DNA from: Picochlorum sp. SENEW3
Taxonomy: Eukaryota
Assembly (NCBI GenBank): GCA_034226945.1
Contig: CP120453.1
Location: 1,116,001-1,180,000, forward strand
Length of the DNA: 64,000 nucleotides
Direction: 5' to 3'
In this document: one piece after another, positions 11,803-22,079 of the stretch
How the letters are laid out: every line of letters starts with the position of its first letter
How positions within the stretch are numbered: the first letter of the stretch is position 1
Position numbers and translations under genes: made by a program
The notes under the pieces: generated by a model
Seen by the model: only the letters and a program-made list of their open reading frames with translations
What the model was told of the DNA's origin: nothing
Databases searched by the model: none

Positions 11803-14800
11803 ATGACTCGCTGCCAGGCGCTTGCGTTCGTGGTACTTTTTGGGGTTTCTTTAACAGCATGTTATGGTGCGTGGCCTCGGACTGACTGCCTTGCCTACTA
11901 GTGCCCTTGTTTGATCACAAGTTATATAAATATATATATTTATATGCGTGTGAATGGCTTTGTTGATGTGCTGCAGGCAAGTTGAGGGATGGCGAGTATG
12001 TCGTCCAATATGTTGGAACTGGAGACTGCAAGGGTATGTGGTACTTTTGATTCGGCGATGGACCGAGGTCGCGTGAATACGGTGTGGACGAGAGCCAATC
12101 ACTGTACTGATCTATCTATGCAGGACGGTATCTATCCTATCAGGAATGGGGAAAGGATGCGTCTGGAAGGGTGCGGTTGCAGTCAGCAGAAGCAAAGAGG
12201 CCAATGACGTGGCGGGTGGTGAACTTGGAAAGTAACACGTTTTCGCTCGAGGCGGTGCGTTTTTATAGTATTTTGCTATGTCATGTCCTTTAACGTATTC
12301 CGTATTCTAAGCGCGACACTGCGTGTGCCTTTGTTGCATTGCAGGTCTACAGGGCAAGATGCTGTCCTGCCAAGCTGTCCTATGCCAGGAGCTGTCGTTC
12401 AAAGTCTGTGCGTGTGCGTCGCCAAGGTTTGCTGTCGTGGGACCTGGTTCAAGTAGGGAATCGAGGAACGATATACAAGGCATTTGCCAAGGTACGCGTT
12501 TTGCTTTTATGGAAGGGCTTTGACAACAAAGATTTCCTCCATGGTATTTATGACGTGACGTTTGGAATGCAGCATCGAGAGGCCTGTACAAAGCGGCGAT
12601 CCGTGAGCCTTCTTGGTGCAGCACTCGATAGAAACAATGCCTGCAAGGATAGATCAGTCGTCCTGGATCGTCCCAGCCAGAAAGGGTTGCATTGGAGGTT
12701 TGTTCTGAGACGACCCATCCTGCCACCTCTGTCACCATCCCCACCTTTGCCACCTCCATCTCCCCCGGCTGTGGTTGCCGTGGAAGTGCCTGTGCTGAAC
12801 GTCCAGGTTTCTTTCGCCAACGAGACTGTGGAGTCCTTTGGTCCAGAGAAGCAAGCAAACCTGTGCAACAACCTGGTATCCCTGTCTGACTATGACCCTG
12901 CCCTTGTTGAGTGCAGTGTGGTGAGCGTGCGTCCAGCGACTGGCCGAGGGAGGAATCTACTCCAGTCGGGCATCGTCGCTGATAGCCAAATGACATTTCG
13001 TGTGACCGATGCATCGCAAGTGGAGGCTGCGACTCAAGCAGCGCAGGAGACAGCACAGGATTTGCAGGACCCCGAGACAGCATCTGCTGCCCTTGGAGAG
13101 GGTGCTCAGGTGGATGGAGTAGAAGAGACTTCTGAGACTGAAGAGGTTCCCGCCAACCCTCCAGAGCCGGAACCGGAACCAGAACCGGAACCAGAGCCAG
13201 AACCAGAGCCAGAACCGATTCCTGAGCCAATTCCTGAGCCAGAACCAGAGCCAGAACCGATTCCTGAGCCAATTCCTGAGCCAATTCCTGAGCCAATTCC
13301 TGAGCCAATTCCTGAGCCAATTCCTGAGCTGGAGCCAATACCCGAGCCGACTCCGCAGCCTGTGCCAGTGCCCGTGCCTGTCCCCGTACCATCACCTTCT
13401 CCTCCTCCACCTCCACCGGTCTCTCCACCTCCACCTCCACCGGTCTCTCCACCTCCACCTCCACTGGTCTCTCCTCCGCCACCTCCACCGGTCTCTCCAC
13501 CTCCACCGCCACCAGTCTCTCCTCCGCCACCGCCATCACCATATTCAACAATACCACCGCCACCACCAGTATCCCCACCGCCGCCCCCTCCATCAACCCC
13601 TTCACCTCCGACAAATGTCACGGCCACTGCCGCGAGCGAGTGCACGCAATCTATCGTAGTAACCTGGCAAGCCCCAGGAGCTGGTCCTACCATTACTGGA
13701 TATTTTGTTTCCTGCGAGTCCTCGACAGTATCTGGGGTAAATACTACTGTCCCAGAAGGTCAAAGCACCGCCACACTGACAGTCGAGGTTGGAGAAGAGT
13801 ATCAGTGCTCCGTGGCTTCTGAGGGGTCTTCAGGTTCCTCTGAGCCTGTGAATGCATTGCCGGTGACCTATGGGTACGTCACGTGTTTGAATTGATTTTG
13901 AGGATAAAAAAACTCTGATTGATACGGTGTATTGCTGCAGGTATCCAGAATCATGCAAGCCAGGAACGGTTACGACTGTACAGACAACTTTTGTGTCATA
14001 TGCAAACCGTTTCCAGAGGACCGTCGAGTGGTCAGGACCATCACCGCTACCAGAACTCCAAATCACATCATACAATGTTAATTGCAGCAGTGATGGGGAT
14101 TTCAGATTTGTACAGGAGGAGAATACAAGTACAACTCTCGGTGATGGAGTCTCTGAAAATGCCCCCTTCAATCTGGATACCTCATACAGTTGCATTGTGA
14201 CTGCCACAAATGCTGCTGGAACAGGTGCACCATCAGATCCGAGTGCCCCTTTCGTAGGTGGTAGACTTCCTCGATCAGGAGACTTCGTTGTTCCCCAAAG
14301 CTCATTTCTCGCCGAATTCGTCCCAGGACAATGGTTTTATTCCACGCTGGCAAGTGGCGGGAGTGAGATCATCACAAACCCAGTGCCAAGTGAAGGCTCT
14401 CCAGGGGATCAGGTGGTCGAGTTAACCACTACGTGTAGCAATGACGACCTTGCCGGCATAAAAGTATCTTACTATCCTGGATCTATTTTCAATGGCATGC
14501 TACTCTCTGAGTTTTTGGCCAACTTTAGCAGCATGTCGTACAAGTATTACAAGGTGGGAGATGACCCTCAAGGATGTACTAGTAGTGTCACCTCTCCTAC
14601 ATTTAAATTCGAGGTCTTCTCACAAAAAGCAGACGATAACGATGAGCCATCCTACACTACATTCCTCTGGGAGCCATATACAGCTCCCCCGCTCAATGGG
14701 AGTCCAGCTCCTTCTGGATCCTGGCAAAGTGTCCAGGTATCAAAGTCAGATGGTACAGCTACATTTGATGGAAATGGTGGATGGAGATCAACGAGAGACT

Positions 14801-15036
14801 TGGGACAAGGTAATTCATTCCAGAATCAGGCCTCTCTAGCCACTTGGGAGTCTTTCCTCAGCGGTACTGAGATTGATGGCAAAACGACTACCTCCCCGCA
14901 GTTCATCACAGACGCGGTGGTTTGGTCCATCAGCGTTGAAATAGGAAGATATAATCCAGGTCTCCTCACCTATACCAATGATATCCAAGTGTCATCTGGC
15001 GGCTATGACTGGTCTTTTTCTTTCACCACCGGATGA
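11803..15036 (+). CDS. Secreted proline-rich surface/cell-wall glycoprotein: signal peptide, Cys/Trp beta-rich domain, SEA-like module, (PE)n/(PEPI)n/SPn stalk, two FN3 domains, C-terminal globular domain
   Basis: [22 protein letters not shown] signal peptide; GT-AG introns 11867-11976, 12034-12123, 12255-12344, 12492-12572, 13874-13940 all keep frame; FN3 signatures (VTWQAP..Y.V.C..Y.C.V). Confidence 0.75.
13161..13610 (+). repeat. Coding tandem repeats: (PE)n, 12-nt PEPI units, VSPPPPP units
   Basis: ccaattcctgag and gtctctccacctccacctccaccg arrays. Confidence 0.95.
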
Positions 15037-15788
15037 AAGGATACTCGCCGAGCTTTAGAGTTTGTGCATTGACAGGTCTTTGGGACTTTTGCCCAACTGA
15101 ATGCTGCTGCATCACTTGAAAAGTACGAACATTTTGAATACTATTTCAGTACAGCATCTACTACTATTACTACTACTGCTACTACTATCACATTATCATA
15201 TCAAAATATAACAATGTATCAATCACCATGAGATCGATTACAAGAGTTTTCAAACACACGTGTGTGTACAAAGTAACCCAAATCTTTGACTGGTCACTAT
15301 GTTGCATCCCCATACCACAGCACATGCTTTCTAGCGGGTGATGGTACACATGTCACAATCAAAAGTCAGGTGGCACTAAAAATGTGATAATCTTGGCACA
15401 TCGAAGACGGGAGCAACTGCCCAAAGACGATGGACCCTCTCCATCAAGGTAGGAAGGATGCATGCAGTGTACCTGGCATTTTTCCTTGGGCCATCTCCAT
15501 GCTCTGTAAAAGCATTAATTAAAAATTATATACGCTGTATCGCAAATGAATCCACACATCGCATGAAATCCAAGCCATATATGAGAGAAGAAAGAAATCA
15601 ATTCTGAAGCATGGCTTGTCAAGAAGACTAGGACGCGCCTGCACTCATGGTTTGATCCATCAGACCAAACTATAGCAGTAACATTATGAATCTGAATAGA
15701 TCTGTGCCCATAGAGAGAGGATTAGGCCCTTGTAGAGTACAGCGATGTAATACATGTACGTTTCTTGCATGGTCTAGATTTCAGATGC

Positions 15789-16718
15789 ATGCCATCTTTG
15801 ATTCGATTTTCTTGTTCAATTTCAGATTCAAAAAATATTGGATGGGTCCATCGAACGAATAGGAACAGCTGCAATGGTCTCTCAAGAGGACAGGTACAGA
15901 GCAGGACAAGGGCAGAGCCCAAGAATGGTCAGGACAATGATCGGCCAGAGATTGCTGTTGTTCTGCGAGATAGAATCAAAGATGGATTAGAAAAGGTACC
16001 TCGTGCTCCCTGGGGAGTTGATACTGTGTTGACAGTCATGCTTGTGTGGGTGGTGTGTTTTTGGATATCTGCGTACAATGTTGTTCCTCAGGCACTGGTG
16101 TTTGTCAAGCAACATGTGTTTGGCAGGCCCTTGTCCCTTTCTGAAAGCCTCGCGCTGAGGCATCTACTTTTGGATGGTAGTCAAATAGTATGTATAGGTA
16201 TTCTGTTGAATAGAGCATTGAAGCAGTATTCGCCTAGATCTCTTGGTCTTTTTCGGGTGCAAGTCTCATCAAAGAGAGCCTGGATTGCTATTGCGATGGG
16301 TTTGGTGCTCTTTCCATGTGTGGATTATTTGCATCGGTTCATCGTGTCATTAACAACGCATACGCCTCTTGGAGCTGATGGTATATCGTCTGCACATGCC
16401 AAAATGTTTGGTGATCATGGGTCTTTGGCACGAGTGCTATGGTTTCTTGTGCTGGGTGTTGTTGCTCCTGTGTGGGAAGAAGTTATTTTTCGGGGCTTCT
16501 TGCTGCCTTCTCTGGCGCAACTATTCTCTCCCATTGTTGGAATTTGCCTCACGGCATTGGTCTTTTCCCTTGTCCATTTCACCACAGAAGGGTTTCTCCC
16601 CTTGATGATCCTCGGTATTATTTTTGGTGCATCATATTGCGCCACAGCCAATCTATTCCCAGCAATCATGTTGCACAGCCTATGGAATATATGCTTGTTG
16701 GTTCAAGTGTTGTCTTGA
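15789..16718 (+). CDS. CAAX-protease/Abi (CPBP) family intramembrane protease, likely plastid-targeted
   Basis: APVWEEVIFRG, FSLVH, HSLWN motifs; start uncertain. Confidence 0.88.
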   Translation: MPSLIRFSCSISDSKNIGWVHRTNRNSCNGLSRGQVQSRTRAEPKNGQDNDRPEIAVVLRDRIKDGLEKVPRAPWGVDTVLTVMLVWVVCFWISAYNVVPQALVFVKQHVFGRPLSLSESLALRHLLLDGSQIVCIGILLNRALKQYSPRSLGLFRVQVSSKRAWIAIAMGLVLFPCVDYLHRFIVSLTTHTPLGADGISSAHAKMFGDHGSLARVLWFLVLGVVAPVWEEVIFRGFLLPSLAQLFSPIVGICLTALVFSLVHFTTEGFLPLMILGIIFGASYCATANLFPAIMLHSLWNICLLVQVLS

Positions 16719-16997
16719 GTATAAATTGATAGTTTACTTACAAGTACTTGCTAGTATTTATGTATGTATCATTGTAAACAAAACAAAAAAAAACCTGTTG
16801 ATTCTTCTTATTATTTTATTGTAGCACTATTTTTTTTACTGTACAATGCAAACCTTCTCAACACTAAGAGGAAGGAGAAGGCTGAGAAAAAACAAGGCAT
16901 CATATTGACACATGCGTGTACAATATGAATGCTGCCAGTATACAAGCGATACCCAATTATCACGCTATCTTGTCGCAATATAAACAATGCTGAATCC

Positions 16998-19043
16998 TCA
17001 GAATCGTGGACACGACATTTGTTGGACCTGGCCCCGTGGGCCGATTATTGTCTTATCTTGCCATGCTCCAGAGGAGATGGCTGCAGCAATTTTAGAAGCA
17101 ATCTTTGCCAAAAACATTTCCCACTCTTTTGCATCCATTTCTTTCAGCACAAATGATGACTCTGAACATCCTCTTGGCTCTACAAGGGGAGGGTATTGAA
17201 ATTTACCCTCTTCCTGGTCAGCCATGTTTTGTGTAGATCCATGAATCTGTGTGCGGCTCATCGCCCGTGGAAATCCTGTGGTGCGAATCTTTGATGCTAC
17301 AGTCGCCAGTCCTGGGACATATGATTGAGCACCACGGAAATCTTGAGCATCGACTTCCCCTGTCGCCTCGACGGGGAAAGCATGTGTTGGAGAATCACTC
17401 TCATAATTCACCGAATTCATATCAGACATGGCTGCTTTGAATGTCACGCTTCCATTCGTTCCAAAAGGAGTCTCAACCTTACCGCAAGGGCGAACTCGAA
17501 GAGATGGCGCGGCTGCATATGCACGCTCCTTTCTCTTGCATAATGGGGAATTTGGAGATGGTGTCTTGGCACCACCATCCTCATCCATGCTGAATAGACC
17601 ATCGCAATGAGCCTTGATCTGCATAGTGTTATCTTCAATATCCGTTGTCTCATCCAAGGCCATTTGGAAATGCGTTGCAGAGGAACCAGAGTCTGGTGTT
17701 GCAGCCTCATCAGCAGTCTCTGAGATGGACATGGATGAAAAGTGGCTCAGTGCAGCCTGCTCTCGAGCTGCTTTGAGCTCCTCATACATTTCCTTTCGCA
17801 CTTCAAAGCACATGACTTCAAGCTCGGAAGGTTCCTCATCAATGCCAATAATAGGCCTTGTCATAATGTCGGCAATCTCCGACAAGCTGAGACCAGCTGC
17901 TGCACATTCCTGCAAAAGCAGGGTAGACAGCTCCATCACACGAAAGCTTGCTTCACTGATATCCGGAAGCTCTTTTCGAAGCAAATCCGCGTCAGCCTTG
18001 GCATCAAGACTCGCAATGTAGTCGAGCTCTTCCTGATCAAATGGCAACATTGCTTGAGGCCAGTGCTGCCACTCAAAGTATGGTGGTTCCAATCCTTCCG
18101 GAAGTGCAAACCCGTGATCAATTGGAATCAATTCATATGAATCCCCTGATGGAATAGCGATCGAATCCTTTGCAGACTGCTGACTTTTTACTTTTCTGAC
18201 AAGAATATTTCCTCCGTGCCTGTCCGTATTGAACAGACGAATGTCCAAAATCCCAATGCGATGCACGTCCTTCTTGTCAAACAATGATGTCCCCATCTCT
18301 GTTGTATCGCAATCATGGTGGATAAAGCGCTGCAAGGAGCCCAACTTCAACGGGAGGGTATCTTCTTCCATATCCACGTCGCCATAATGGAAAATAGGAT
18401 GAGACATTCGAACCATGACTGTATGAGGAACCTTGGCAAACCTGCCATGATCCAGCAGGTATGCTGCCACCTCCCGTGATGCCGCCTCCCCAACACGGAC
18501 AGTCGGCTTGAGGCCAGGCTCTCCCAATTCTCTTCCAACAAAACCTTTAGGATTATTTGGTGCGAGAGGCTCTTCATCACATGGCTTCATTATTGCAAAC
18601 TTCACCCCATTCTCGCTCTTGAAAAAATATGTGCCTCCCAGACCTTCAGTAGCTGCCTCTGGCTCTTGATACGCCTTGAGCCCACGTACAACAGAACGCA
18701 TCATTCTCTTCACACCAGGGGTCAAATGAGAGTAGTCCGCAAGCGTCATATCCCCCTGACTCATTGCCAATCCAGGTGACATACTTGCGGCAGCAACACT
18801 GGCCTGGCTTGGATGAGCTTTGATAGATGCCGCACACGACACCTGTATATCTGAATTCATACACGACGATAGCATGGAAGACTCCATCTTCTGCGCATCC
18901 GCCATCCCATCAACGGCGTTCTGTCCACCCACGCTCTTCTTCCCCTCTGACCTCACAACATGAAATCCATGCTGAGTCACATACTCTTGCTGTTGTTGTC
19001 CAAGCCGACTCATTTCATCGACTTCTGATGCCACAATCATCAT
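16998..19043 (-). CDS. Type II phosphatidylinositol 4-kinase gamma (PI4Kgamma5/6/7-like)
   Basis: GLGGTYF, KPCDEEP, REVAAYLLDH, DIRLFNTDRHGGN, PIDHG, C-terminal SCPRF. Confidence 0.92.
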   Translation of the reverse strand: MMIVASEVDEMSRLGQQQQEYVTQHGFHVVRSEGKKSVGGQNAVDGMADAQKMESSMLSSCMNSDIQVSCAASIKAHPSQASVAAASMSPGLAMSQGDMTLADYSHLTPGVKRMMRSVVRGLKAYQEPEAATEGLGGTYFFKSENGVKFAIMKPCDEEPLAPNNPKGFVGRELGEPGLKPTVRVGEAASREVAAYLLDHGRFAKVPHTVMVRMSHPIFHYGDVDMEEDTLPLKLGSLQRFIHHDCDTTEMGTSLFDKKDVHRIGILDIRLFNTDRHGGNILVRKVKSQQSAKDSIAIPSGDSYELIPIDHGFALPEGLEPPYFEWQHWPQAMLPFDQEELDYIASLDAKADADLLRKELPDISEASFRVMELSTLLLQECAAAGLSLSEIADIMTRPIIGIDEEPSELEVMCFEVRKEMYEELKAAREQAALSHFSSMSISETADEAATPDSGSSATHFQMALDETTDIEDNTMQIKAHCDGLFSMDEDGGAKTPSPNSPLCKRKERAYAAAPSLRVRPCGKVETPFGTNGSVTFKAAMSDMNSVNYESDSPTHAFPVEATGEVDAQDFRGAQSYVPGLATVASKIRTTGFPRAMSRTQIHGSTQNMADQEEGKFQYPPLVEPRGCSESSFVLKEMDAKEWEMFLAKIASKIAAAISSGAWQDKTIIGPRGQVQQMSCPRF

Positions 19044-19191
19044 ATCTACTCTATCAATCAAGCCACTCGAACAAAATAATGAATAAAATAAGACCCTGAG
19101 CAGCTCGGAAAATCAGACAGTCCTGTTCATACGTCCAGCTACAACAGCATGCTCTTCTTCACAAGAGAAAAATTCGCACGGTACTATATAC

Positions 19192-19296
19192 CTACTCCAA
19201 AAGACAATATCCTCTGAACTCAATTCTACTACTGTAATGGTACACAACCCAACAACATGAAACCCCACCAAACACCCAACACAAGCCTTGTGTGTA
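19192..19296 (-). promoter_or_regulatory. Putative conserved-peptide uORF in the PI4Kgamma leader (YTQGLCWVFGGVSCCWVVYHYSSRIEFRGYCLLE*)
   Basis: Direct translation; TAG at 19194-19192, in-frame TGA at 19299-19297; resembles, from recollection, the land-plant PI4Kgamma leader peptide. Confidence 0.65.
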
Positions 19297-20098
19297 TCAA
19301 GTGTTGCTAGGAATCACAATCCACGCAAACCTGCAGTATAGTGTGCAAAAATAATGCGTCAGTATTTTGCTCTGTCAATCATAAGTACCCATGTGGCATG
19401 TGAGAGCTGAACCCGTCCAATGTCCACTTTTGCTCTCACCCAGTGTTCTAGAAGGACCGAAACCCAAGCCCTCGTGGGTCGCGATGTCGGTCCCTCCCAT
19501 CCTGCCTCCCTTCCCGATTTAGACCCACAAATACTCCGAATGTATAAAAATGTAATACAAATACAGCCAGCACGGCCATCCCGACAACGCGCGTGAGGGA
19601 AATCTCATCCACCAACGTCTCATCGCGTTGGACGAGAACGACCTCGTCATTCCTTCATACAGGGCTATATATGCAGATGCAATGCATTGTTATACACAAT
19701 CGTACCTTATAAGTGGTTTGTGAAGTAATTTGGTGCACTAGAATACGTACGTGTGGTATTACAGAGTGCCCGGAACGGAGACGCGAGGGTCGCTTTCTAT
19801 TCCTGGGGTTTCTGGCCAGATCTTTCCCAGATCTCCATTGTGGTGGGGGCGCCCCCTTCTCAAGGGCGCCCTTTTTTTAATTTCTAATGATGATTGATTT
19901 CTTGGTTTTTGTACAAAGACACGGCAAATGCTCTCTCACAGCAAATAAGTTGTTGAATACTATATATATTTGACGCTTCACGGCGATAGGCATTTGGGAA
20001 CCAGGCCACAAAACAAGGAAATCTTCTTCTCTTCTTGACGACCAACAGGACGACGAGGCGGTGAGAGATTTTTACCTCTTCATAGTGCAATTCATCGA

Positions 20099-20536
20099 AT
20101 GAAGGAGTTAAATAGAGGGCATGGAGCCGACATGGAGCGATATTCTTGGACCCAGACGCTGGAGGAGGTGACTGTGGTGGTTCCTGTTGGTAGAAAAGTG
20201 AAAGGGAAGGAGTGCAAGGTTGATGTACAGCGAAGGTCGATACGGATTTCTGTGCCATCTGCAGTAGAAGAAAATGAGCGTGTCACTGTGTTGGGAGGGG
20301 AATTGTTTGCTCCTGTTCGAGTGGATGATTGTGTGTGGAATGTTTTGGATTCTGATACAGTGGAGGTGATGTTGACAAAAGAGGATCGGATGCAGTGGTG
20401 GAAATGCGTGGTGGTGGGTGAGGAAGAGGTTGATACGCAGAAGATTGAACCAGAGCCAAGTGGGTTGGGCGATTTGGATCCAGAGATGAGGTCCATGGTG
20501 GAGAAGATGATGGTGGATGGGCAGCAGAGAGGGTGA
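20099..20536 (+). CDS. Small NudC/BOBBER-like CS-domain co-chaperone
   Basis: YSWTQTLEEV, GELFAPVRVDDCVW, WWKCVV, LGDLDPEMRSMVEKMM. Confidence 0.88.
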   Translation: MKELNRGHGADMERYSWTQTLEEVTVVVPVGRKVKGKECKVDVQRRSIRISVPSAVEENERVTVLGGELFAPVRVDDCVWNVLDSDTVEVMLTKEDRMQWWKCVVVGEEEVDTQKIEPEPSGLGDLDPEMRSMVEKMMVDGQQRG

Positions 20537-20582
20537 TGTCATCATTGGTATCAATACACAAAGCAAATAATAAAAATACTCC

Positions 20583-21854
20583 TCATAATAATACTAGTAT
20601 ATCGTTGTACACGTGTGTGTGGGCATTTGCACCCCATGTAAAGTCAATGTGCTCATATCCAGCTATTTTCTTTGAAAATACTACAGTCTCATGGGGGAGG
20701 CTGTGAATGAGCTCCTGTACATCCATGGGGTCTGCTAATTTATCATGTGTTCCATAAAACATTGCGATTGGTGGTGCCTGTATGGTGTCCAGATCATAGC
20801 ATGGTGCAGTAACACTGCCATACTCTCTCTGATTGCAATCCATCATTGCCCCGGATGGCGTTGTGCATACATCACCGTAATCGAATTTACAAAACTGGTA
20901 TCCTGCAGTCTCCTCTGCACGCCTGACCTGTTGAGCCCAATGTCTCATATTCTTCACGGATGTGCCTGATGGAGCAAATGCAAGATAAACTGGAAGCCTC
21001 TTCACGTCCACATTATTTGGATTGAATCCACAGATTGCTGTCAGAATGGATATACATGACTCTGGAGATAACGTGCAGAATTCACCGAAAAGATCACTCA
21101 TATCTTGCTGGCTTGGAAGAAATTCTTCCTCGCCAAGAATGCTGACCAGTGTGTCTGCATGCATTCTGGCCAGGAATTGTAATGGTACACTGGACACATA
21201 TTTTGTGTATACTGCGGGAGCAAGAGCAATAAATATTGATATTTTATCTCTAAGCTGACGGTTGGAAGAGAATGCTGCGAATGACAGCGTTGTTCCCTGA
21301 GAATGGGCAATCAGTGCCACCTTTTGTTCTGGGCACAACGAGTCTGCATTCTTTCCAATGACATACTCTACCACGGCAGGCAAATCGTACGCAGCCATAT
21401 CATCAAATGTAAAGTCCCAGAACGCTTTGGAATCTGGCAAAAAGCCAGTATGATTCCTACTAAATGCATTGCCTCGAGAATTTGTCAGCCATGTGTCATA
21501 GCTTGCATCTGCCAGAATAAAGCCTAAACTCTGCGACTTACTGTTCACCACCCATGTCGCACTACTATCTAACAAACCATGCTGCAGAATGACTGGCTTT
21601 CTGCACCTCCTGTGAGCACCAGCAGTAGGTTGAGGAAGAATTCTGTACACTCCCAGGACATAGCCATCTCGTGTCTCGATGAAATGCTCCTCCACGGGAT
21701 ACCCTGCCCGCTCAACCAAATACCTCATATCCGCATGTCGATATTCTACGGCCAACGCCTGTTGCTGAGCATTCTGCAAGGCAACAACACCTGCTTGGGT
21801 TGAAAGAAGCAAAAAAAACAACCCAAGCAGGATACTGCCTTTGAGTATCCCCAT
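20583..21854 (-). CDS. Secreted acid/triacylglycerol lipase (AB-hydrolase lipase family)
   Basis: Signal peptide, TRDGYVL, LQHGL, NSRGN, AHSQG nucleophile, HIDF. Confidence 0.92.
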   Translation of the reverse strand: MGILKGSILLGLFFLLLSTQAGVVALQNAQQQALAVEYRHADMRYLVERAGYPVEEHFIETRDGYVLGVYRILPQPTAGAHRRCRKPVILQHGLLDSSATWVVNSKSQSLGFILADASYDTWLTNSRGNAFSRNHTGFLPDSKAFWDFTFDDMAAYDLPAVVEYVIGKNADSLCPEQKVALIAHSQGTTLSFAAFSSNRQLRDKISIFIALAPAVYTKYVSSVPLQFLARMHADTLVSILGEEEFLPSQQDMSDLFGEFCTLSPESCISILTAICGFNPNNVDVKRLPVYLAFAPSGTSVKNMRHWAQQVRRAEETAGYQFCKFDYGDVCTTPSGAMMDCNQREYGSVTAPCYDLDTIQAPPIAMFYGTHDKLADPMDVQELIHSLPHETVVFSKKIAGYEHIDFTWGANAHTHVYNDILVLL

Positions 21855-22079
21855 ATCAGTCTGGCATTAGAGATACTATGTCGAGGTACATTCTATTTCA
21901 GAAATGATTGTTTGTGGTAGGAATGGAGGTATTCCTGCTTGGGTCATGAGCGTTTTTAAAGGTTTAATTACGACGTCGACGTGCGTTTTCAACGACCATG
22001 AACTGATTCTCAAATGTCTAGGGGTATTTAGAAACAGTATATATGGCGTTGATGGATTCTCATAGCATCAATATATGAC

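Noticed and set aside
13161..13600. CRISPR-like or mobile repeat array
   Set aside because: In-frame coding tandem repeats without unique spacers; eukaryotic context
12307..13693. Long minus ORFs with (QELA)n or Gly-rich repeats
   Set aside because: Antisense translation of the Pro-rich repeats
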